DNA from: an uncultured Gemmatimonadales bacterium
Lineage (GTDB): Bacteria; Gemmatimonadota; Gemmatimonadetes; Gemmatimonadales; GWC2-71-9
Reading direction: 5' to 3'
Assembly: GCA_963748815.1 (NCBI GenBank)
Contig: CAVVKJ010000010.1
Span: forward strand, 96,001-160,000
Length of the DNA stretch: 64,000 bases
Shown here in pieces: positions 41,926 through 51,030 of this stretch (position 1 is the stretch's first letter; every line of letters starts with the position of its first letter). The position numbers and the translations under genes were made by a program. The notes beneath the pieces are model-generated. The model was not told the DNA's origin and ran no database searches. It saw only the letters and a list, made by a program, of their open reading frames with translations.

Positions 41926-42761
41926 GCTGCCGCACTCCTGGACAGGGAAGGCTCCGGGACGAACTGGATCCCGTGGAGCCAGACAATCGCGCCGGTCGGG
42001 CACCTGGCAATGGCGTCCTGATCGGCCTGCGCATCAAGGTCGTAGTTCACCACTGCGACGCCGCTGGCGACGCTGATCAACCCATCGGCGGCGTCCTGCA
42101 CGCACTTGCCGCACGCGGTGCACGCCACCGTGCACTGCTCCAGCACCGCGTCGCCGTTGAGGAGATTCTTGCACTGCACCAGCAGGTGGGTGTCCGCCGG
42201 GAGCATGGTGAACAGCCCCTTGGGGCATGCCTCCACGCAATCGCCGCAGGCGGTGCACCTGGCCGGGTCCACGGCAGGGAGCCCCGTGGCGGTCATGGTG
42301 ATCGCGCCGAAGTCGCATACCCGCTCGCAGTCGGCGAGCCCCAGGCATCCCCAGGCGCACCCCTTGCCGCCCCCCGCCACGGCGGTGGCCGCCGCACAGG
42401 TCTGGAGCCCGCGATACTCCGCCAGCGAGCCCGCCACGTCGTGCCCGCCGGCGCATTGCAGCCGGGCCACCCGCCGTACCGCCGTGCCCGCCTCGACGCC
42501 GAGGAACCCGGCGATGGCCTTGTGCGAGTCGTCGGTGCCCACCGTGCACTGACTCGGCTGCACCAGCCCCTCGACCGCCTGTTCCGCAAAGGCGCGGCAC
42601 CCCGGCAGCCCGCACGCGCCGCAGTTGGCGTTGGGCAGCAGGGACGCCACGACGTCGATCCGCGGGTCTTCCCACACCCAGAGCCGACGGTTGGCCAGCG
42701 CGATCAACACCGCGAAGACCAGCGCCACGCCGCTGAGGATCAGGACCGCGAGCATCGTCAT
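41922..42761 (-). CDS. rnfB: Rnf complex subunit B
   Basis: TM, DPRI...LP.ANCGACG.PGC, CAWGCLGLADC..VC, CTACGDC..ACP, CTACGKC. Confidence 0.9.
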   Translation of the reverse strand: MTMLAVLILSGVALVFAVLIALANRRLWVWEDPRIDVVASLLPNANCGACGLPGCRAFAEQAVEGLVQPSQCTVGTDDSHKAIAGFLGVEAGTAVRRVARLQCAGGHDVAGSLAEYRGLQTCAAATAVAGGGKGCAWGCLGLADCERVCDFGAITMTATGLPAVDPARCTACGDCVEACPKGLFTMLPADTHLLVQCKNLLNGDAVLEQCTVACTACGKCVQDAADGLISVASGVAVVNYDLDAQADQDAIARCPTGAIVWLHGIQFVPEPSLSRSAAA

Positions 42762-42765
42762 CGGG

Positions 42766-43768
42766 TCAGCTCCCGGGGAGCCCGGACTGGCCGAGCAGCC
42801 AGCTGGCAATCCGGTCGACCGCATCCTCCGCGCCCACCGCCGGCTTGGCGGATCCGCCGTTCACCGGAATGCTGAACGGCGTGCGGCCGAGATCGGCAAG
42901 GAGCGTCCGCTCCTCGGCCATTTGCCAGGCACTGGTCCCGCCCAACGCCTTTCGGGGGTCCTCCCCGAGGGTCCGGACGGTCAGGCGCTGCCACGGTTCG
43001 CGTCCGGCCGTCGGGTCGTGCAGGAAGGCCGCGGCGCCCTCGGGCATCACGGCCGCCACCGCCGGCCCGTCGAAGGCGGCGACCCGATCGAGTCCGGTGC
43101 CGTCGATGGTCTGGAGGACCAGGGTGCCGGGGGTGATGCAGCGCGCGAGGGGGGCCGGGGCGGCGGCACCGCGCACCACCAGCACGATCTTTTCGCGGCC
43201 GTCGGCGAAGTCACTGAGTGCCCCGACGTGCAGGTCGGCGCCGTCGAGGAGGACGATCAACGGCGGGGCGATACCGCCGCGCCGCCTTGCTCCAGGCCCG
43301 GAACTCCACGGGATCGAGGAGCGCGTCGTGTTCCTCGGCCCGGTACCGGCCGCCGCGCACCACCTCCGACAGGATGACGGCGCCGAAGGCACGGCCGATC
43401 TCCGCCAGCGCATCGCCCACCGCCACGCCGAGCCGGCCGCCCTTCTTCAGGTCGACCAGAAAGGCCTGGTCGCCCTGGTCGCGGAGTCCCTGAAGCGTCG
43501 CGATGGCCCGGTGCAGCGCGGCAAGCGCCGCCGGTTCGACCGGGCTGACGGTGGGAAAGAGCTCCGCAAAGCGGGCGGCGTTGACACGCCCGGCGGCAAA
43601 GCCGCCGAGCTCCATGCCGGCGCGCCGGGCGCGCTGGCCGGCGTCGGCCGCCTGTTCGACGAGAAACGCCTCGGCCTGGGCGAGCGCTCCCTCGATCAGG
43701 GAGCGGAATTCGGCGATCGGCTGGGCCATCGCCGCCACCGCGTCGGAAAATCGGGTGTCAGACGGCAT
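42766..43768 (-). CDS. Hypothetical protein within the OFOR-Rnf operon (frameshift ~43275)
   Basis: ORFs 43211..43768 and 42766..43413 join; overlaps the OFOR beta stop and ends 4 bp before rnfB. Confidence 0.65.
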
Positions 43769-44714
43769 AGCGATCGAGCTCCGCGTCGATCAGGGTGACC
43801 CGCTCTTCCGGCGTGCGGGGCGGGACTCGGCGAATCTCCTCGTACCGCGGCCGGGAGGGATCGCGGAAGAGGACGCCGAGATGGATGTGGTCGGTGGCGC
43901 TGGCGATGCGACGCGCGGCGTCGAGATCGTGCGGGTCGTGCCGCACCTGCGAGCGGTAGAGCTTCTCGAGTTCGGGGACCACGACGCCGTCGTCGTGGAT
44001 CAGCATCGCGATCTTGGCGGGGTCCTGCACCGCCGCCTGGTACACGGCCGGCGGAATAGATCGGGCAGCGCTGCAGGATCCGCACGAAACTCAGGCCCCG
44101 GTGGTGGTACGCGGCGCGCAGCGTGGCGTAGAGATGGGCCGGGACCCATTCGGCGGTCTGGGCCACGAACGAGGCGTTGGTCACGCCGAGGGAGACCGAC
44201 AGGGGATTCAGCGAGGGCAGCACGCCGCCCTGCGGCTCGTGTTGCTGGCGAATCCCTGCGGCGTGGTGGGCGAGGTCTGGTTCTTGGTCAGCGCGTAGAT
44301 GCCGTTGTCGAGCAGCAGCACGGTCAGGTTCACGTTGTAGCGAAGCGCGTGCACCCAGTGCGCGGCGCCGATCGAGGTGCAGTCGCCGTCGCCCATGACC
44401 ACGAACACCTGGAGGTCGGGGCGGGTGAGCTTGATGCCCGTCGCGACCGGCAGCGCCCGGCCGTGGATGCCGTGAAAGCCGTACGTCTTCAGGTAGTGCG
44501 GGAACCGGCTGGAACAGCCGATGCCGGAGACGAACACGGTCTGTTCGGGTGTCAGCTGCTCGGCGGTGAGCAGCTTCTGGACCGAGGCGAGGATGGAGTG
44601 GTCGCCGCAGCCGGGGCACCAGCGTGCGCGGGCGCCTTCGTAGTCATTGAGCTCGTAATGGGACTCGTGCTCGCCGGGCTGGAGCACCGGCAGGAGTCCG
44701 CAGGAGATCGTCAT
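43758..44714 (-). CDS. 2-oxoacid:ferredoxin oxidoreductase beta subunit (frameshifts ~44225, ~44050)
   Basis: WCPGCGD, SGIGCSSR, IHGR, GDGD, DNGIYALTKNQTSPT, LQRCP. Confidence 0.88.
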
Positions 44715-46607
44715 GCTGCACCTCCCACCGCGGTGCGCTCGCGGATGGCGTCCAGGATGGAACCGGGCCGGAGCGGCTCGCCCGGCACGCGGGTCCAGCA
44801 GTCGATGTCCACCAGGGTCGTGGCCCGGAGCACCCAGGCCAGCTGACCACGGCGGCGGTTCTCGTCCGTGATATACGGGTCGCCGGGGTCGTCGCTGTAG
44901 TTGATCTCGACGGTGCACACCTTGGCAAAGCGCGCAGAAGATGTCCTTGAGCCCCGGCTCGAGTGGCGAGAGGAAGCGGAGATGGACGGCGGAGACGCGG
45001 ATGCCCTCGCGCGCGCGCGCGGTCCACCGCCTCCTCGATGGCGCCCCTGGTGCTGCCCCATCCGACCAGGAGGAGGTCGCCCTCTGGTTCACCGTAGATG
45101 GGAGGAGGGCCGAGCAGCGATCTGCAGCACGGCGAGCTTGCGGCTCCGCATGGCGGATGCGCGCTGGTGAACGCCGGAGCTGTAGGCCACCTTGCTGCCC
45201 TCGTCGTGCGAGAGGCCGGTGACGGTGTAGGCGCCCCCCGGCTGGCCGGGGACGATCCGCTGGGAGAGGCCGGTTTCCGGATCCCACTGATAGGCCTTTC
45301 GGCCGTCCGCGACCGGCGCGAGGTCGATCGGTGCCGCCTGCCAGCTCGTGTCGGCTTTCGGGCGCGGGAAGGGGGTCACGCCGGTGGCAAGGTTGGCGTC
45401 CGAGAGCACCATGACCACGGTGCGGAACGCCTCGGCGATCCGCCGCGCGGTGACCATGATGTGGAAACATTCCTCGATGGTGGCCGGCGCCATCACGACA
45501 TGCGGGGCGTCGCCGGGGCTCGCGAAGAGTGCGGCGAGCAGATCGGACTGCTCCACCTTGGTCGGCAGGCCGGTGCTCGGTCCGCCGCGCTGCACGTCGA
45601 CCACCACCAGCGGAATCTCCGTCATCACGGCCAGCCCCAGGAACTCGGTCTTCAGGGCGAGGCCGGGGCCGGAGGTGACCGTGAGGGCCACCTTGCCGGC
45701 ATAGGACGCCCCGATGGCCACACCCACGGCGGCAATCTCGTCCTCGGCCTGATGGACGACGCCGCCAAACCGCTCGAACACCTCGCTCAGGTAGTGGGAG
45801 ACGGAGGTGGCCGGAGTGATGGGGTACATGGAGCAGAGTTCCATCCCCGCGGCGATCGCGCCCAGCCCGCAGCGCCTCGTTGCCGTTCATCACCACCAGC
45901 GCCTCGGTGATCGGCGGCGGCGTGACCTCGATCCGGAAGTCGATGTTGACCTCGGCCCAGCGGTAGCCGAGCTCGAGCAACGCGACGTTTTGCTCGTACA
46001 CCGCCTCGCTCTTCTTCCGGAAGGCGTGGGCGATCTGCTCCTTGATCCGCTCCATGTCCCGCCCGTAGATGCAGGCCAGCATCCCGAGGGCGAACATGTT
46101 CTTCCCCTTGCGGGGGTTGTCGACCAGCGTCAGGCACTCGACTTCCATCGGGACGGGAATGATCCGGTACTGCCGATGGGAGAGCTCCTCCATCGCGGCG
46201 TTCCAGGCGGCGCGAATGTCGGCGTCGTCGTGCGTGGCCCACTTGTCCTCGACCAGGAGCACGGCGTCGGGAGCCAGCGCATCGAGCCGGTGCCGCGCGA
46301 CGAGCACCTGTTCGTTGAAGGCCAGGACCAGGTTGGTGGCGTCGCCCCAGTTGGTGACGGGGCCGGCGCCGACGCGGATCCGGTACCCGCTGGCGCCCTC
46401 GGGCACGCGGGGCGGGGGCTGGATCTCGGCCGGGATGATCTCGACGGTCCAGACGCCGTTGCCCATCTTCGCGGAGACGGCGCCGAAGATCTGGCCGCAC
46501 TTCTGCGCCCCTTCACCGGAGTCGGAGACGATCTCGATGGTATGCTCGGCGAGGCGCGTGGCGGTCGGCGCGGAGGGCACGATGGTCGAAGAAGCGGTGG
46601 CGGTCAC
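44711..46607 (-). CDS. 2-oxoacid:ferredoxin oxidoreductase alpha subunit (gamma-alpha fusion, KorA-like), several frameshifts
   Basis: SGEGAQ, PAEI, KNMFALG, GNEA, YPITPAT, QAEDE, TSGPG, QRGGPSTGLPTK.EQSD, VEIN. Confidence 0.9.
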
Positions 46608-46620
46608 GGGTCGGTCTTCC

Positions 46621-46920
46621 TCAGGTGAGGGTGCCGAAGCGGCGTCGCTCGGCCAGCGGGTCGGGGGCGGCAGACGCTGGCGGCGAGGCCGGATGCCTGT
46701 CACGGCCCCGATTTTCCCGCAGCAGCGCCAGTTCGCCCAGCAGGTCCTCGTACACCTCGACGTCCAGCAGCACGCCGGCGGAGCGACCGTGCTGTGTCAG
46801 GATCACGGCGCGCTTGGTGTCGCGGATTTGCTGGAGGAACGCGGAGGCGTGCGCCCGGAATTCGGTGACCGGACGTACGTCTTGGGAGGGGCAGAGGCGG
46901 GCCAGTTTGCGGTTCGTCAT
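46621..46920 (-). CDS. Phd/YefM-family antitoxin-like DNA-binding protein, no adjacent toxin
   Basis: DVRPVTEFR..AS.FL.QI......VILTQHGRSAGVLL..E.YE. Confidence 0.85.
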   Translation of the reverse strand: MTNRKLARLCPSQDVRPVTEFRAHASAFLQQIRDTKRAVILTQHGRSAGVLLDVEVYEDLLGELALLRENRGRDRHPASPPASAAPDPLAERRRFGTLT

Positions 46921-46945
46921 AGCGTACGCTCACATGTACATGTGA
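46921..46945. promoter_or_regulatory. Tandem palindromic operator (Phd/YefM type)
   Basis: Perfect palindromes AGCGTACGCT (46921-30) and TCACATGTACATGTGA (46930-45, TGTACA core), centres 12 bp apart, abutting the ATG. Confidence 0.75.
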
Positions 46946-47041
46946 ACAGGCTGTGACGGAGTTTGTGAGGGAGGGGGTGAAGGATGTATGAAGGCCCGAT
47001 GAGCCAATCCAGAAAGTCGAATCCGGGGCCGGCGGGTCAGG

Positions 47042-47527
47042 TCATGTCAGCGGCTTGCTCATCAGGACGAGGTGGATCGGCTGCTTGAGCTTGCCGGGGG
47101 CGGGGAAGGGTGCGGTGCCGGTCGGCGCAAAGCCGAATTTGGAATAGAACGGGGGCAGCTCGGTCCGGAGGTTCACCACGTCGATGTCGAGGGCCCGGCA
47201 CCCCGCCGCGCGGCAGTGCGCTTCGGCTGCCTCGACGAGCACCCGCCCCATGCCGGTCCCCTGGGCATCGGGGTCGACCGACAGCAGGCCGAAGTACCCG
47301 CGATCGCCGCGCAACTCGACATAGACCGCGCCGATCAGCTGTCCGCCCACGGTCGACTCGATGATCAGGAAGCTGGACGAGTGAGCCTCGATCCTGGCGA
47401 GGACCTCAGCCTCGGTGATCCGGTCGCCGATGATGAAGAACGCCTCGACACGGTAGGCGGCGTTGATCAGCCGGGCGAGCGCCGCGGCGTCCGCGGGTGT
47501 GGCCAGACGGGTCGGGGGAGGTCTCAC
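47042..47527 (-). CDS. GNAT-family acetyltransferase
   Basis: LINAAY, FGLLSVDP..QG.GMG, FY.KFGF. Confidence 0.88.
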   Translation of the reverse strand: MRPPPTRLATPADAAALARLINAAYRVEAFFIIGDRITEAEVLARIEAHSSSFLIIESTVGGQLIGAVYVELRGDRGYFGLLSVDPDAQGTGMGRVLVEAAEAHCRAAGCRALDIDVVNLRTELPPFYSKFGFAPTGTAPFPAPGKLKQPIHLVLMSKPLT

Positions 47528-48234
47528 GTACCGGATCCCGGTCGGCTCGAGGTCGACGTTTCGCCGGAATCGATCATCAGCGTGAGTCGTGCCGCCACCC
47601 CCTCCATCTGGCGGGCGCGGTTCTGGGCCCAGCGGGGGATCCGCAGGGCGCCGAGCCCGAACAGCGTCGCCCCGATGAGGGCGTACGGCGCAAAGACGGA
47701 GAGGGCGTTGGCCACGCTGGTGCTATAGGCCGCGACGATCAGCGGGCCAAGCGCGATGCCCGCCACCGCCAACCCGGAGAACATCAGGTTCCGGGCGTTT
47801 CCGTTGAGGGTGCGGAGGCGGAGCCGATGCCCGGTTGCGGTGGGCTCAAGCAGCGCCTGGAGATTGCCGTTGGTCCACTGGCGGAGCGTGCCGTCGATCC
47901 GGACGGTTCCGCGGGCGTCGAACGTCTCGCGCAGATCGACCACCAGCTGGTCCCATTCCGCGTCGGTGAGCCGCCGAGAGAGCTCCACGGTTCTGCCGAC
48001 GCCGACGGGCAGGGCGAGGAACCGCTGGCCGGCCGGCGACCCGGCGCGGTCCAGCCCTCGCGCTGCCTGTGCCACCAGCTCCGGCGGGATCCCGACCTCT
48101 CGACCGATGCCCTCGAGGTCGGCCAGGGTCATCCCCTCACCCGACGGCAGCTGTCGCCGAGCGCCCTGCTGCGACTCGGCGGCTCGCTTGAAGATCTCGG
48201 CGACTTCGTCCTCGGAATAGCGTCTCTCGGTCAT
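47524..48234 (-). CDS. Hypothetical membrane protein
   Basis: RRYSEDEV..IF.RA, GMTLADL..IGREVGI N-terminus; two C-terminal TM helices. Confidence 0.75.
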   Translation of the reverse strand: MTERRYSEDEVAEIFKRAAESQQGARRQLPSGEGMTLADLEGIGREVGIPPELVAQAARGLDRAGSPAGQRFLALPVGVGRTVELSRRLTDAEWDQLVVDLRETFDARGTVRIDGTLRQWTNGNLQALLEPTATGHRLRLRTLNGNARNLMFSGLAVAGIALGPLIVAAYSTSVANALSVFAPYALIGATLFGLGALRIPRWAQNRARQMEGVAARLTLMIDSGETSTSSRPGSGT

Positions 48235-48330
48235 GCGGTGTAAGATGCCTCGCCCGGATGTGCCGTGCAAACGAAGCCATCGGGACAAGTGGTGGGGGGG
48301 TGCGACACGGTCTCAGGCCAGGAGGGTACC

Positions 48331-48597
48331 ATGCGGGGCAGCGACCACGAGGATGAGGAAGGCGAGGAGGGGTCGGCGTGGGGTCCGGGAGGGCTCGCGG
48401 AACATCTCGACACAGAGTCGGAGACCGAAGTCGAATGCCCCTACTGTGGTGAGGTGGTCGAGATCGTCATTGACAAGTCGGGTGGCGCCACCCAGGACTA
48501 TGTCGAGGACTGCGAGGTGTGCTGCCGGCCGTGGAAGGTGCACGTCAGCCTGGATGTTGGTGGAGCGATCGAGGTGCGGGTGGAGCAGTCGGGCTGA
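48331..48597 (+). CDS. CPXCG-motif cysteine-rich small protein
   Basis: AGGAGG RBS; CPYCGE, YVEDCEVCCRP. Confidence 0.88.
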   Translation: MRGSDHEDEEGEEGSAWGPGGLAEHLDTESETEVECPYCGEVVEIVIDKSGGATQDYVEDCEVCCRPWKVHVSLDVGGAIEVRVEQSG

Positions 48598-48601
48598 ACC
48601 C

Positions 48602-48814
48602 CTAGCCGAGCAGCTCCCGCGCCCGCTCCACCTCGGGGCTCGGCACCGACAGCTGGACGCCCCGCGGCATCGCGCCCTGGAACGCCACGCCAAACACCCC
48701 CGCCTGATCGTTCTGCCTGAGCACCGGGATGCCGGCGCTCTCCAGCTGCGCCTGTACGATGTCGGCCTCGAGGCCGGTACTGAACGAGCCGATCTGAACC
48801 CACCTGGCTGCCAC
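48602..48814 (-). CDS. DUF2007 (PII-like) small protein
   Basis: EADIV...LESAGIP ... V.L.V....ERARELL. Confidence 0.75.
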   Translation of the reverse strand: MAARWVQIGSFSTGLEADIVQAQLESAGIPVLRQNDQAGVFGVAFQGAMPRGVQLSVPSPEVERARELLG

Positions 48815-49065
48815 TTCGATTCCCCCGGCAGATGTACGCCTTCCCCTCGAAGACTAACCGCCTGTTCGCCCTTTCGACCCCCCGCAGCGCCTCGGCTGTT
48901 CCCCTTCCGAATCCCGTCTTGAAGCCTTCCCGTGTGTCACCAGCACTAACCGCATATCGACCCACTGCCGCATAACGCCATATCTCGATCCTTCGTGTCA
49001 GGCAATTTGCTGCATTCAGGAAACATAACTCGTTGTAAATACACGATATAGATGACTGCACTTTG

Positions 49066-49081
49066 TGGTACGAGGGGTGCT
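49066..49081 (+). promoter_or_regulatory. Putative sigma54 (-24/-12) promoter of the DUF11 operon
   Basis: TGGTACGAGGGGTGCT = GG-N10-GC; AT-rich IHF-like tract at 49026-49038; ~100 bp before the first ATG. Confidence 0.6.
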
Positions 49082-49182
49082 CTCCATTGGGGAGATTCTT
49101 GTGTCAAAATTGTGGTCAGTTTCCCACGAGGCCAGAACGGGCCCCAAGCTGGCCGAAAACCGCTCCACCGAGGAGACGCCTC

Positions 49183-49707
49183 ATGAACCGCCGATTTGGC
49201 TGGACTCACCTGTTCGCGATGGTGGCCGTGCTGGCCCTGCCTGGTCTTGCGCATGCCCAGGCCGCGACCGCACCCCAACCGCTCGTGATGACCGCCACGA
49301 ACCTGATGGCCGGGGACCAGCGCCACAAGGATGCCGGCGTCACCGACGCCCTCCTGCCCGGGGACGTGGTGCGTTACGGCCTGGTCTTCACCAACCTGAA
49401 CGCCGATTCCCTCCGCAACGTCCAGTTCACCAACCCCCTCCCCGGCGGCCTGCGGTACATGGCCGGCTCCGCCACGGCGGACCGGGGGGACGTGACGATC
49501 GACTTCTCGATCGACGGCGGCAAGAGCTGGTCGGTCCAGCCGATGATCGAGGTCGTCGTGGAGGGCAAGACGGTGCGGAAGCCCGCGCCGGTGTCGCAGT
49601 ACACCACCATCCGCTGGACGGTCAGCGGCTGGGTGCAGTCGAAGTCGAAGGTGACCGCCGAGTACAAGGCTGAACTGCCGGCGCCCTCGGGCGCCCCGGC
49701 TGAGTGA
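49183..49707 (+). CDS. Secreted stand-alone truncated DUF11-like protein (gene A; putative chaperone or cap)
   Basis: GAGGAG RBS, signal peptide AHA|Q; LPGDVVRY.L.FTN, TNPLP..LRY..GS, FSIDGG, IRW. Confidence 0.75.
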   Translation: MNRRFGWTHLFAMVAVLALPGLAHAQAATAPQPLVMTATNLMAGDQRHKDAGVTDALLPGDVVRYGLVFTNLNADSLRNVQFTNPLPGGLRYMAGSATADRGDVTIDFSIDGGKSWSVQPMIEVVVEGKTVRKPAPVSQYTTIRWTVSGWVQSKSKVTAEYKAELPAPSGAPAE

Positions 49708-49770
49708 TAGATGCACGCCCAGGGAACGTTTTCGATGTCACACCATACCACCCACAAGGAGTTGAACACC

Positions 49771-51012
49771 ATGCGCCGCACACCCTTCATCCAGAGGACC
49801 CTGTCGGTCCTCACCGGCCTGCTGTTGGCCGTCGCGGTTTCCGGGCTGTACGCCCAGAGCCCGACGCCCGAGGGCACGGTCATCACCAACACCTCGACGG
49901 TGACCTACACCGACGCCAACGGCAATACGTACACGCCGGTGACTGCGTCGGTCTCGGTGACCGTCGGCTTCGTCGCCGGGGTTGACCTGACCGGTGCCGT
50001 CTCGGTGAGCCCTGCCACGCCGAGCACGGGGAACGTCCTCTCGTTCACCTACCAGAACATCGGCAACGGTACGGACAGCATCTCCGTGTCCGATGTGAAC
50101 AGCCTGCCCGCCACGATGGTCATCACCGGCTACCAGATCAACGGCACGGGCACGATCTACACCAGCGTGGCGCTGCTCAACGCCGCGCTCGCCGCGATCC
50201 CCGTGGCGCAGAACGGCACGCTGGTCGTCAACGTGATCTACGACGTGCCGTCCGGCCGCGGTGGCCTGCCGTCCACGTACACCCTGACCGCCACCTCGCG
50301 GCGGGACCCGCTCGTGAACGACTCGGCGGCCACCATCGTCGCCCCGGCCCTCTCAGCCGCGGTCGCCGTCACGCCTGACGGCGGGCAGAACCTGCAGCAC
50401 CTGCCCAGCAACGGCACGAACTACTCCTTCACCTTCACCGTCCAGAACAACGGCAACGGCCCGGACGCCTTCAACCTCGTCGCGTCGAACACGGGCTCGT
50501 CGATCACCATCGTGTCGGTGAACGGCACCGCCGGTACCAGCGCGGCGCTCGGCAGCATCGCCCCAGGCGGCTCGGCGCCGGTCATCGTGGTCTACACGGT
50601 GCTCAACGTCGCGGCCGGCAGCACCGACGACGTGGTGCTCACCGCCACCTCGGTAGGCGCTCCCGGCGTATCCGATGCCGGCTTCGCCGACATCACCGTT
50701 ATCCGGCCCAGCCTGACGATGCTGAAGGAGGCCTTCCGCAGCGACCAGCTGACTCCCATCGGCGTGTCGGATGTCGTGCTGCCGGGTGAGTCGATTCAGT
50801 ACCGGATCACCGTGACCAATACGGGCACTGCCCCGTCCTCGGCGGTCCAGATCACCGACCCCCTGCCGGCGCAGCTCACCTATCAGAACGCCACCGGCGA
50901 CGTCGCCGGCTGGACCTTCGGGTTCGCGGGCAATACCGTGACCGCCGACCTGGCGGGCACGCTCGCGGTTGGTGCGAGCAGGTTCATCTGGGTGCAAGCC
51001 CAGGTGAATTGA
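49771..51012 (+). CDS. Secreted DUF11/Ig-repeat protein (gene B; putative major fibre subunit)
   Basis: AAGGAG RBS, signal LYA|Q; N-terminal GTVITNTSTVTY; two N.GNG.D Ig domains; C-terminal truncated DUF11. Confidence 0.8.
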   Translation: MRRTPFIQRTLSVLTGLLLAVAVSGLYAQSPTPEGTVITNTSTVTYTDANGNTYTPVTASVSVTVGFVAGVDLTGAVSVSPATPSTGNVLSFTYQNIGNGTDSISVSDVNSLPATMVITGYQINGTGTIYTSVALLNAALAAIPVAQNGTLVVNVIYDVPSGRGGLPSTYTLTATSRRDPLVNDSAATIVAPALSAAVAVTPDGGQNLQHLPSNGTNYSFTFTVQNNGNGPDAFNLVASNTGSSITIVSVNGTAGTSAALGSIAPGGSAPVIVVYTVLNVAAGSTDDVVLTATSVGAPGVSDAGFADITVIRPSLTMLKEAFRSDQLTPIGVSDVVLPGESIQYRITVTNTGTAPSSAVQITDPLPAQLTYQNATGDVAGWTFGFAGNTVTADLAGTLAVGASRFIWVQAQVN

Positions 51013-51030
51013 GCGGACTGATCCGCTCGA

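Noticed and set aside
46930..46945. Canonical CRP site
   Set aside because: The half-sites are in the reverse arrangement (TCACA-N6-TGTGA); the TGTACA core next to a Phd gene explains it better
46621..47527. Complete toxin-antitoxin pair made of the GNAT gene and the Phd gene
   Set aside because: The GNAT lies upstream, separated by ~120 bp that contains the Phd operator; GNAT toxins normally pair with RHH antitoxins and this one looks like an ordinary acetyltransferase
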